From the NCBI GenBank assembly GCA_965202585.1, contig OZ241826.1, positions 35,092,001 through 35,156,000 on the forward strand: a stretch of 64,000 bases of DNA, in the 5' to 3' direction. The translations under genes and the position numbers were made by a program. The DNA comes from Thalia democratica. Its lineage: Eukaryota. Of this stretch, positions 50,401 to 62,400 are shown one piece after another (the first letter of the stretch is position 1; every line of letters begins with the position of its first letter). The notes beneath the pieces were generated by a model that was not told where the DNA came from, did not search any database, and saw only the letters and a program-made list of their open reading frames with translations.

Positions 50401-53400
50401 TCAGCTGTATTTGCGAAAACTACTTGTCGATTTGATACATGGAAGCCTTCAACAAAAAGTAACGCACCTGCCAAGCAATACGGAAACGGCAGCTCCCATT
50501 CTCCACTCTCGAGACATTTGTTCACTGTTAAATCGGCATTGCTTATCCGACGATCAGCAGTACAGGAAAATTTAATCACGGTTCCGCTGAAAAGCAGCGC
50601 TCTATATATTTCCGTCGTTACAACGTGTGATAATGCGTCATCACTCGTGAGAACGGGCGGGCATTCTGAAACAATTAAAAGATGTTTCTCCAACTTGAAA
50701 ATTATTAAAATAAATCTTAAAAAAATTCCAGCGATTAAATGTTTAACATCAAGTGCTCCAGAAGCTCCAAACTTTTTTACTTGTCTAGTAACGAAATTAA
50801 ACTTACCTAAATGTTTTATATACATAATACCAGTCGAAATAATTCCATGTTTTATTTATATAAGCGCACAGTTATATGAGTTTAACAATAAGAAACAAAC
50901 TGCAGAATAAAAGTACAGTTTTTGAAGTTTAATATATAACGAATGTAGTTTATTTTTATAAGTATACCTTTTCGACACTCAAATTCCGTGTACGTAAAAC
51001 TGCCACCGTTCTCACAAACGTAAGTTCCACTAGCACTCGGTGGGTATCTTCTGTAGTTTGTACTGCAGATGTACTGAACTTCAGACTCTAACTTAAGTGT
51101 GGCATTCACAACTAAATATTCTTTAACATATTTTCTCGAATTTGTTATTGAAGGTGATTTTCCGCAGTCTATTGAAAAATACTTTCGAATGAACTTAATC
51201 TTTTTTTTAAAGAACAAAATACTACATTTGAGATAATAAGATTCAATGTTATTTGATAAAAGTGTTCAAAAAGTATGTTAATCGTTTGCTAAGATAATAA
51301 CATCTTGTATTTTTCTATATATATATTACAGAAGTACTCATTTTGTAAATATATTTACAATAAAGACATAAATTGTTTTAGCAGCACTTAAAGTACTTAT
51401 TTTACTGCACTAAAAGAAGAAAATAAAAAATTACTAAAAATTTAACTTGATTACCAGGATAACATTTTACTTTTCCAGACCAAGTACCATCAACACCACA
51501 GACTATATCTTTTCCAGTTTGTATGTAGTTATTATTACAGATGTATGTGACTGTTGTTCCGTTTACGTAATTTCCCTCTTTTTGGAATGAAATTGAATAC
51601 TTGTATTCGGAGTTCTCAACCGGTGGCAACGAATCACAAACTGAAAAAATAATATTTGAAAAATTCTTCCTTTGTATAAATTATGTAAAACAAACCTTTC
51701 AAGCATACAGGCAAGGATGTGTAATTCCAACTTGCAGAACCCGATTGGCAGCTAATCACCATTTTTGATTTGTCATTAATGTAATAGCTATTATTGCAAA
51801 CATACTCATACATACTTAGAGCAGTTTCACCAGACAACAAAGTTTCACTTTTTAATTCATTTAGTACTGAGTTATCAACTTTTGGAGGGTCTTGACACAC
51901 TGGAAGTATATTTTCATTAAAATTTTCAGATAACATATATTAGCTAGTAAGTTAACTTACCTGGGACACACACCGGTGCAACATTGTTGTTCCAATTTCC
52001 ATCGCTCCCACAAACACGAGTATTGTCCTCTCCCCATTTAAAGTAGTGACCGGGTTCACACTGATAATTCAATTCCGTGTACGACCAAAACTCACGTTTA
52101 ACATGAGTAAACGTAATATTACTAAGCACATTTGCTCCTACGGGTGGGTCAGGACACTCTAGAATAGACATGTTTAACTACTTTTGATACTTTAAGGCAA
52201 AAACAGTGGGTGCATAAAAACGAAAACTAAACAAAATTTGCTTTTCTAGTCTAAAACTTTCAAACCAGTAATACAAATCATGATCGCTGTTTGCAAGTCG
52301 CTCCCCGACTCGAAGTTGAGCCAGCTTCCGTCCTGGGAACATTCGAACACGTAGTCGCTCTGTTTTCCAATGTGAAACACGAAGTTGGCTTTGCAACTGT
52401 ACTCTATGACGTCAGTAACGAGAAAGTAGCCTTTTCTCACGTACCTGTTGTAGCGGAACCGGCCGTTTTTAAGGCTGGTGATGCTAGGCACCGGACATTC
52501 TAGATAGATATTTCCAATGTGAGTACAAATTCGAACTAAAGTGAGTACTAGTTAGGGAAAGGTAGGTTAAGTAAAAACTTGATAAAAACATACTACGGTT
52601 AAAAATAAAAAAGTTTGCGATATAGAAGATTTAATTTTACTGGTATTTAGTATGCATGATTAATTCAGCTAACGTTTTGAACAGGTGGGAAAAGTGGAGG
52701 TCCAGCTTCCGTTTTCATTGCAAAACACTTCAATCAAGTCTTCGTCGTTCAAAATTTGATCGTCTTCACAATCAAACGATAAAACATGACCCGATACATA
52801 CCTCAACTTATCGGGCATCGTTTGATTTGTCACTAGCAGTCCGGCGGTACGATTAAAAGGTGGGCATTCTAATAATTCATATAAACCGTTTACTTTTTAT
52901 TACAACAAAGATTTACACGTTATCGAACAAACTGTGTTGCTATACAATTTCATCTATTACAAAAATACACGAAACTGTTGAATGCAAATTCAGAAGCGAA
53001 TACCTCTTAGACACTGAAACTTGTCGTGAGTCCAGCTTCCACCGTCTACGCATCGGTACGAGGTGTCGATGGTGGTGGAAGGAATGACAAAGAAGCCTTC
53101 GTCGCAGGCGTACTCCACCACCGATTCCAGCGAAACAGTTTCGTTCAACTGCAGGTATTTTGTGACGTTTTTCTTCGAGTTGGTTATGTTTGGCGACGTT
53201 ATACACTCTGCAAAATTGTTTAGGTTTTACTAGAGTTAAAAACAATAAGGCTTGAAAAATAGTCAAAACTGTATAAATATTTTTTAATTCATGATTTTAA
53301 GATAAAAGTCAGGAAGTTTGCAACAAACTTTTTTTTGTAATGAAAGGACGTTTAAAAAAATCCTTGAAGGAAAACCGAAGAACGATAAGCATTTTATTCT

Positions 53401-56400
53401 TAAGATTTGATACGCTTTGGTAAAGTACGATTTTTTATTACTTAAGAACATTTCTATTTTTTAAACGATGCAGGAATGAAGTGACACGGCAGTAAAATTA
53501 CGAGACAGATAACTGCTGAGAAATATACACACATAAGAATATTAGACTGAAAGTTTTTAAATTATATTTCAAAACTGTATGAAACCTGGATAGCAGTCTG
53601 CCACTGGACTCCAAACGCCACTCATGTTGCAGTGCGTTCTAAAATTGACAGAAACGTGGGCATCATCGCATATCAACTCGACATCGCTGCCCAAGAAAAA
53701 CACATTTTCTTCAACGGACGCCACCGAACTAAACAGTCTGTTTTTGTCGCTGTTCTTGATCGATGGCAGCTCGTCACATACTGAAAAAGTAATTTGAATT
53801 ATTTGGCGCACGTATTTTTTGGTTTATCTAAAACTTTATTTAAATAACGAATATGATCAAACTATTGTTTAAAGTAATAAACACTATTGATATTTTTCAT
53901 GGTCGTAAAAAAGCTTATCTTAAAGTATTTAATTAAACCTTTTTTGCATGTGGGAAGATTAATGCTTGCAGGCCAACCGTTACCGTACGAGCATTCTACC
54001 AAGGAAACTGTGGAGTCTGCAACGATGGAGTAGCCGTCGAAACAAATGTACTCGACTTGCACGTAAATCGCTCCTAGAGCCTCAGTCGAAACATCTTTTC
54101 GAAACTCATATCTACCGTAGTCAATGGTAGGAACTATTTCGCAAACTGTAGAGTAAAAGTTAGAAGAAGCTATTAGAAAATAAACAAGGACAAGTTTAAA
54201 CTTCTTATGCAATTTTAATAATGTAAACACTTCAATATATTACAAGAAAGCTTGGACTTGAAAATTATTTTTAAAAGATTTTTTTTAATCAGGTGAAACG
54301 AAAATACAAACAACAACAACCTTGAACGCAATCAGGCGGGAACTGCGGGATCCAGCTTCCGTTCCCCTGGCAAGTGAGAACGTTCGACCCGTTCCCGTAA
54401 AACACGTGGAAGTAATCGCAAGTGTACTCGATCCGCGCTCCCGTCAGAAGTCGGTTGTTTAGCGGCGAGTGTAAAAGCTGCCACGAAGTTGCCACTCGTT
54501 CGGGCGGGTTCTCGCATTCTGTGCGAAGTTAAGTATTTTGAATGTTAGTTTATATCGATATTAGAAGCATAACTGTGTTTGGAGCTTAAGACTTTGTGTC
54601 ATCGTAAACTACTTTTATTATCTACCGTTGTTTAAAAGTAAAAAGGTAATAATCAAGTTCAAAGTACATATAAAAGCGTTAAACACTCAAAAGGTGTACA
54701 AGTCGTAATCAACTGCAAACCTTTCAATGTTTCGGAGGGGCACGTTATTGCTTCAGTCCACTCTCCCCCCTTGCACTCGATAGTTCCAGTGATGGCCGTT
54801 TTGTTTGCATAGCCGTTTATGCATTGGTAATTGAGAACGGCCCCGTATAAGTACCTGTCAACGGGGCGTTCTTCGTACCTACCGTACGGTATGACTGGGG
54901 GCTTGCTACAATCTGTAATAAGGACCGATGTTCTCTTAAATTTTACGAGGACAACTTTTAAAAGCATATAAAGAATGAACACGCTGGATTCATATGTGAA
55001 TTAAAGCTAACAATGTTTGAAAAAAAAATATTAATTTTTGTTTAACTAATGTAAAATTGCTTGTCAAAACACAACAGAAAACAATTGAGTACCGGGGGCG
55101 CACTCGGGAGCCGCGTAATTGTCCCACACGCCGTCCTCGTTTTCAGCGCCGCAAACTCGCCTGTCAACCTCTCCTTTCAGGAACGTGTAGCCGGGACGGC
55201 ACGTGTACAAAACCTCCGTGAACGTCCAGTGCTCGTTCTCGAAGTGAGTGAACTCTATTTCCCAAGTGCTGAAGTTGCTGCTGGGCGGAGGGGGACATTC
55301 TGCGTGTAGAAATTTAAACGGTATGAAAACTGCATTAATATTTAATGGATGCGATTTAGAACATGGGTGAGTAACCTGCGGTCCGCGGGCCACTTCTGGC
55401 TCGCCAACAGAAATCTCTGATCTAGGGCGTACTTTTCGGTTTGAAAACATCTCTTGTGGAAATACAAAAAAAAATACTACATAAAAACAAGCTCTCATTT
55501 TGTTTTTAGTACACAATAGCGTTAATTAAATGATTACTATTTTACAATTTTACCCTGTAAACATTTTCTTAAATTTAAAATATATACTTTTTATTTTTAT
55601 GCAGTCGCTAAGACTTTTATTAAGCTTGGCCCAAAAAAGGATTTTTTTCTAATAAAACTAGCCTGCCTGTTAGAAAAGGTTCCCACCCATGCTCTGCAAC
55701 AACGACTTTACTACCAAGTTGCTCTATTTAATAAAAAAAAAATTGAACCGGTTATGCACAAAGGATTTCTGCTGCTGTTCCAAAAACCGCTTTCCTTGCA
55801 CCAGTACACGTAGTCGCCGTCGCTTCCCGCTGCAAACTTGTACCCGTCCTTGCAAGTGTACTTCACCAGGTCGCCGCCGACGAAAGCGCCCGGCCGGAAC
55901 TGCTTCAGTATTTCGATCACGACGTTGTGTCCGTCTCGGAACGGACATTCTGTGAGAAAGTTGCTGTTAGCTTGTTGTTTCGGAATTGAGAAAGATACAG
56001 TTGAGTTAGTAAGAACCTATTTTTTTCAAGGACTTGAGCCAAAACGTTTTGTTTTTTTTTTTTTTAGCAAACTATAAAAAAGTTGTAATGTTTTTAAGTT
56101 AAAAACTTCAAGTATTACTTAGCAAAAAGCATGAATAAAAGACTAATTATTTATGAAAAATTTTCTATCGTAGGTACTTAACAAAAAGTACTGTTTACAT
56201 ATCTAAAGACAGCTTACAGATCAATATAAAAGTACAAAAACTGTCTCACGTCTCAAGCATTTGGGGTCGAGGTCTTGGTTGTCCCAAGTGCCGTCGGCCT
56301 GACAAGTATACTCGTTGTTTTGTGACGACAGCACGTGACCGGGGCCGCACTGGAAGGTGACGATCGCGCCCGCCACATATTTGTTTATGTCCGACCTCGG

Positions 56401-59400
56401 GTGGGCGTTCACGATGATTTTTCCCCTGTAGAGAAACCTGGGCAGAGGTGGGCATGCTGTGCGGAGTAGCTTCATTTAACATGGAATGTTTATATGTTAC
56501 GTGGTATTTATGAACAAAAAAAACAATCAGCTGGAACGCTTATCAAGTTTTTTTAATGAAAACTAAAGTTTTGAGCTTCAACAAAAATATTTTATAAAAC
56601 AAATGAACGATTTTAATTTTTTATTTCTGCGTAAACAACACATGATAGCTGGAAAATTGTTTTGAATACTTCTTAAAATATATTTATACAATGACGAAAA
56701 ATCTTTATACAGAATAATTATACTTTAACAAACGTTCTACAACATTTTACAGAAACATACTAAAAAATCTCACCATTGACACAGCGCCCAACACCGTTGT
56801 CGAAGCCGCCTTCAACGCAAGACACGGTGGAGTTCGGTAGAGTGTAGAAGAGCCACCTGTGGCAAACGTACCTCACGCTGACGTCCACGGAGTAAGTTTC
56901 GTTGATCTGTTTAGTTCTCACCACTTCCTTTCTCCCGTTCACAACGTCAGAAAACGGCGGGCACTCTTCAAAGATGCATGACGTTTTAGTTTAGAAAGTT
57001 GACAGCGGTGGTATTAAAAATAAGCTAAGGCAAAACAAAATAAGCTAAAGACCAACGTGAGATAATTATGCACTGTAAAAATGTTTATAAGGAAAAAATA
57101 AAAAAAAACGGTAGCTTTAATTACCTCTGACACACTTGGGGTTCAAATTTTCGCCGTTCCACTCGCCGTTCTCCCCGCATAAAAACAAAGAGGTGTCCGT
57201 TGAGAGAAAGTAGCCCTGGTCGCACTTGTACGAAACTACCATGCCGAAAACGTTCACGCTTTCTCTTGGCCTCGCCTCCACTGTTGCTGTTCCGTTTCCT
57301 ATGCTTTCGGGCACCTCTGGGCACGCTGAATGATATAAAAAATAGTTTAGAAAAAAACAGGTACAAGTTTAATAAAAACTATGCATAAGTGGCTGGGAAG
57401 TATTTTTCATTTAATCTATAGTTTTAGAAAAGTCAAGATTTTCCAACCATATACATTTTTATAGAAAGCTTATTTTTTTAATCTTGTTGTTCTCTAGAAG
57501 TAATCTACAGAAAAGTAGAAAATCTTAAAATAAACTTCAAAAAACTGTACCCTTAACACAGTTTCCAAATTCCAACTCTCTGCTGGGATCACTGCAAGTA
57601 ACTACATTGCTGTCTCTCGAATAAATGTACCCTTCAAGACAATAGAACTTCGCAGACAAAATTAAAAACTTTTTGAACGACACCAATCTCACATCTTTGT
57701 CCACTCTGGCTCCATTTTCTACTGATGGCCAGTCTCCACAATCTGAAATTAATTCATATGTGTTGGTAAAACCGTTAAGGAAATTAAATTGTTAAGACTC
57801 ATTGAAAACAAGTTTTTTTATTAATACTGTAAAAGTTTTTTGTAAATTATTGATTGACTTAAATTTTACATAGCAAAGTAAAAAACTTGAAATATGTGAT
57901 ATTAGCTACAATGAAGTTGCTACACGTATAAAACTTACATTGTCATGACATACAATAAAAATATTCGAAACATAAAAACAATGTCAGGGTTGCCAAATGT
58001 TATTGGAAAATTTTCTCCAAGTTTTCAAATTTCTTCCAGACTTTAAAACTACACGTTATAGGGTATATTTTAAGTTAAAATTAAGTTTAACGTAAAAAAC
58101 TGTGTTAAATAGTATAACAAAGTTGAAAACATATATAAAAACTTCTTTTAATGTGTTTTTTAACAAAAAAAATTTGATGATGACAAAAAAACTTTATCTG
58201 TAGGATAGACTTTTTGTGACTAATCGAAATTTTACTAAACATGTAAGAGTTGTTTAAATTTCTAGGTTTTTTTCAAAATTTCACAAATTCCAGGTTTTTC
58301 AAGGTTTTTTTAACGCTAAACTAACAAATTCAAGGGTTTTCAGGATTCCAGGTTTTTTGACAACCCTGAATGTGTTCTAAAAGATTTTGAGCAATTTAAG
58401 AAAACAGACTCAAGAGATTTAAAGTTTTAACTTTTTGCTAAACTAAAGTAAGTTAACCAAACCTGGCAAGCAAGCTCCGGTCGTGAAGCCTGGTTCTGTG
58501 CTCAGCGCTGTGTATTTACCGTCAACACCACAAACCAGCCCCACGTAGTACTGCGGCGCCATGACGTACCCGCTGTTGCAGGTGTAATTCACCTCGGTGC
58601 CGGGCAGAAAAACGTCCTTGAAGACGACTTTTTGAAGTCGGGTGACGGCGTAGTCCATCTCAGGCGGGCTTTCACACTCGATTTCTACAGTGAAAGTTGA
58701 TGTTTATCAAAAAAAACTACATTTTATTCTCCTAACTAAAAACTTTTACAAACTGAAGGCTCATTTCAAACAATGAAACTTTAACCGGAGCAACCTCAGT
58801 AAAGCTTAAAACCAACGGTTCTAGATCTTTCTTTCATGTTTCACCCAAAGTAATCAACAAATTTTAAAACTAAATAATGTTATTCTAACCCGAGTAGCAG
58901 CCGCCAAAGTCTCCGGACCAAGACCCGTCGTCGTTGCAAGTAATCGTGTCTTCGTTCGCGGGTAAAAGCCTGTATCCGGGAGAACAAGTGTAGGTCACCG
59001 ACATTCCGGATAAATACCTCTCGTAAACAGTGTGCGCTCCATTCTCAACTTTCAGCGGTTTCGGACACTCTGTTAAATTTTGAAATACATGTAGTAATGT
59101 TTTTGACTTTTTAAGTTATGTATGTAAAAATCTTACCAAATTAATTATATTTTTAAAGTAGAAGCAAAATTAAGCAAATACTTTTCAACAAAATACTTGA
59201 ATAAAACTTTAATTATGTTGATTAAAAAGTTCTTAGATTTTTACAACAAATCTTAATATTTTTTTTTACTTAATCTTAAAGTGGTGGTGGTATACTTTAA
59301 TCTTTTAACAACTTATATAAAAACTAGCTATATGATCAAAAATATTTCAGCATTAACAAAATATAGATATTAAAAAAAAAATTTGAAATAATATGTTGTA

Positions 59401-62400
59401 CTTACCGCGAAGGCATTCAGGTGAAGACGGCTCAAATTGACCGGTGCCTCCATTGCAAGTTAAAACTTTTTCTGCGGAAGGTACCGTCGCATAACCTTTG
59501 TTACAGCTATATTCTACCATTTGTTGAAAAGCTTTCATTATACCATTGACCAAAACTTCAACCTCCAAGTTAATATCGAAGAAGCCGTTTTTAATGGTAT
59601 CTGGTGACTTACAATCTGTTCATTTATAGTATATAAACCTTGTTGTTCTTTTTTAATTTTGCTAACACTTCATAAACTACTTACTTGGAACACATTCAAC
59701 CACAGGAGTCCATTTTCCATCGACACCGCAAGTTGATTCCGTGTGGCTTTGAACGTAGTTTTGGCCGCATTCAAACTCATAGATCGTACCACTCACGTAG
59801 CTACCTTCCCTCGATTCGTCATTTATCAACGTGGCTTTCGCGTTTGGCACGTCAGGTACGTCCTCGCAAACTAAAACGTTTTATTGTTTTTCACGACCAA
59901 AATGCGTTATAATAAAACATTTAGCAACCTTTCAAACACACGGGCAGCTTCGACGGCCTCCACACGGAACCAAATTCGCATGTCAACACGCTGTTTGTTT
60001 CATCATCAATGTAATACCCCGCGTTGCAGGTGTACGTCACAGTGCTTTCGGCAACTTCACCGTTGGACAGCGTCTCCTCACTCGTGGTTATTCCGCTGTT
60101 TGCCACCGTCGGTGCGGCTTCGCAAACTGGTAAAATTTTTAACAATATTTTAATAGGTTATTTATAACAAATTTGTTCAGACCTTAAGTAAGACCATTAA
60201 AATTTCTACTAATACAAGAACCAATTTTGAAAAGTTTTTTCAGATACAATTTAAGTCCTAAAAAAGCTTCCTAAAGGTATTTTATAAGACATTTTTAACT
60301 CCAAAGGCAGCTGTTTTTGATCTTAGAATTATTTTTGTGTAAAAACTAGCAGTATTAAAACTGTTTCGTGAAGTTAATCTTTGAAAAAGAGCTTTTTGAT
60401 TTACCTGGAACGCATCTCGGGGCGGTGCTGTCGTCCCATTGTCCATTTCTGCCGCAGACGCGAGTCGCTTTGGCACCGAACAGGAAGCTGTGCATGGGCT
60501 CGCACTCGTAAGTCAGCTCCGTGTCCGTCCAGTACTCGTCGTTGATGTGCGTGAACGAGATTTTCCTCGACACGAAAGCGGGGAGCTGGGGTGGATCGGG
60601 GCACCCTTGAAAATGGTCAAAAAAAATTTGAACTTTAATATTTTGAGCAATTTTCATAAGCTCTTCGCAACCAAAATGATTATTTACAAATAATAACTTT
60701 AAATTTGCATTTATTACTTCCACATAAATTAATCATAAAAGTTTTGTTCTTCTATTAAAAGGTGTAAGTTTAAAAAAAAAACATAGTGTAACATATGAAT
60801 ATGTAATCTTCCTTTTGACTACGTAAGCAATTATTATAAAAAAGCAGCTTTCTGTTTAAACTGGTACATCTTAAGTACGCACTTCCTCTTGAGTACGCTT
60901 TTTTTTTACTGTGTTCAAAGTGCACAATCAAGAGGAAGATTACTGTGTGTAACAAACAAAACTTACTGGTTATGCAAAGTGCTGTTCTCTTATTGTCCCA
61001 AGAACCGTCTTCTTGACATTCGTAGCCGTAATCGCTTCCAACGCCTTCGTGAAACTTGTAGTTTTCATCGCATTTGTACTCGAACCTATCACCAGCTAGA
61101 TTGCGTCCGGGCAAAATCTGGTTTGTTATCACTATTGAGCCATTCAAGACGTCTAGTATGTCAGGACATTCTGCAAACAGTATTCAAGTGTAACATTGTC
61201 AGCACTGGTAAGAAAAAGAAACGACTAAAAAAGGAAAAGGTCAACAAACTGATTACTTAAATTAAAAGATAGAACGAGTCACAAACTGACACTTTAATTA
61301 GTAACAATGTTTTTCAAATTCAGCATACTTTCTTACTCTACTCACAACACTTATGTTTTTATGTTACCTTTCAAGCATCTGGGGTTGATGTCATCGCTGT
61401 TCCAAGTGCCGTCAGCATTTCCGAAAAACTGGGAAGTTTCGGTTGAAAGAACAAAGTCTTCCTCGCACTCGTACGTGATGTTTGTTCCGACCACGCTGGT
61501 GTTCTGTCTCGGTTTATCGTTCACAATCACCCTTCCGTTATCTATTGATGTGGGTAGTTCTGGCAACTCTGTTATACGTTGGCTTTTAATGGTGTGAACA
61601 AAAATAAGGCTGCGAATTAAATTAAGACATTAGTACTGATTTATTTTATGTGCGAATGCAAATTTAAGAACTTGATAAATATAGGGCAGTGTAAAAAAAC
61701 TATGGACTTTATAACTTCAAAGTAGTAGAAGGTAGTTTTTTTTACTCAAAATTTAGATTATCTATAATCACTTGTTACTAAAACCTGTATTTTAACTAAA
61801 ATGTATTACACTATAAAACACTTAAACATACAGTGTGCTATATTTATTTGAAGACTTATACTTTATCCTTGCAACTTATTAATCTTCCAACCAAAATGAT
61901 GTAAACATTTTACATGCCACCATAATGCAAACCTACCTTTAACGCATCTTCCAACTTTATAGTCCAAACCGTCAACACCGCAGTTTATAATCGTCGGGAT
62001 GTCCAGACTCCAAATGAAATTTTCATTGCAAACGTACTCAACGCTGACTTCAATCGAGTAGGTCGAGTTCTTCACTACCGAGTCAAGTAAAACCTTTTCG
62101 CCGTTGTCAATTGATGGAAACTTTCCGCAATCTAAAATCAAACAGTTTTATTACATCAAAGCTTAGTGATTAAGTAGAACAGTGGTTTTCAAGAGAATCA
62201 AAATAAGGGCACCTTAAATTGCAAAATTAAAATTCTGTGTACTCCAATGTGCTAATTTCTAGTATAAGTTTCAAATTTCCCGTAATATCTAGTGTATGGT
62301 TTCCCAAACTATTTTCAAAAGGCCCAATTTTGGCCCCTTCCAATAAGATTTCTTAAAAAAATACCATAAAACCACCTAAAGCCATTTTTTGCTCCTCATC

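Noticed and set aside
42875-61597. Many plus-strand and alternative-frame ORFs in the ORF track (e.g. 43225-43479, 50353-50910, 52940-53266, 55689-55955, 60889-61260)
   Set aside because: These are shadows of GC-rich minus-strand CCP exons, with no independent motifs or splice logic.
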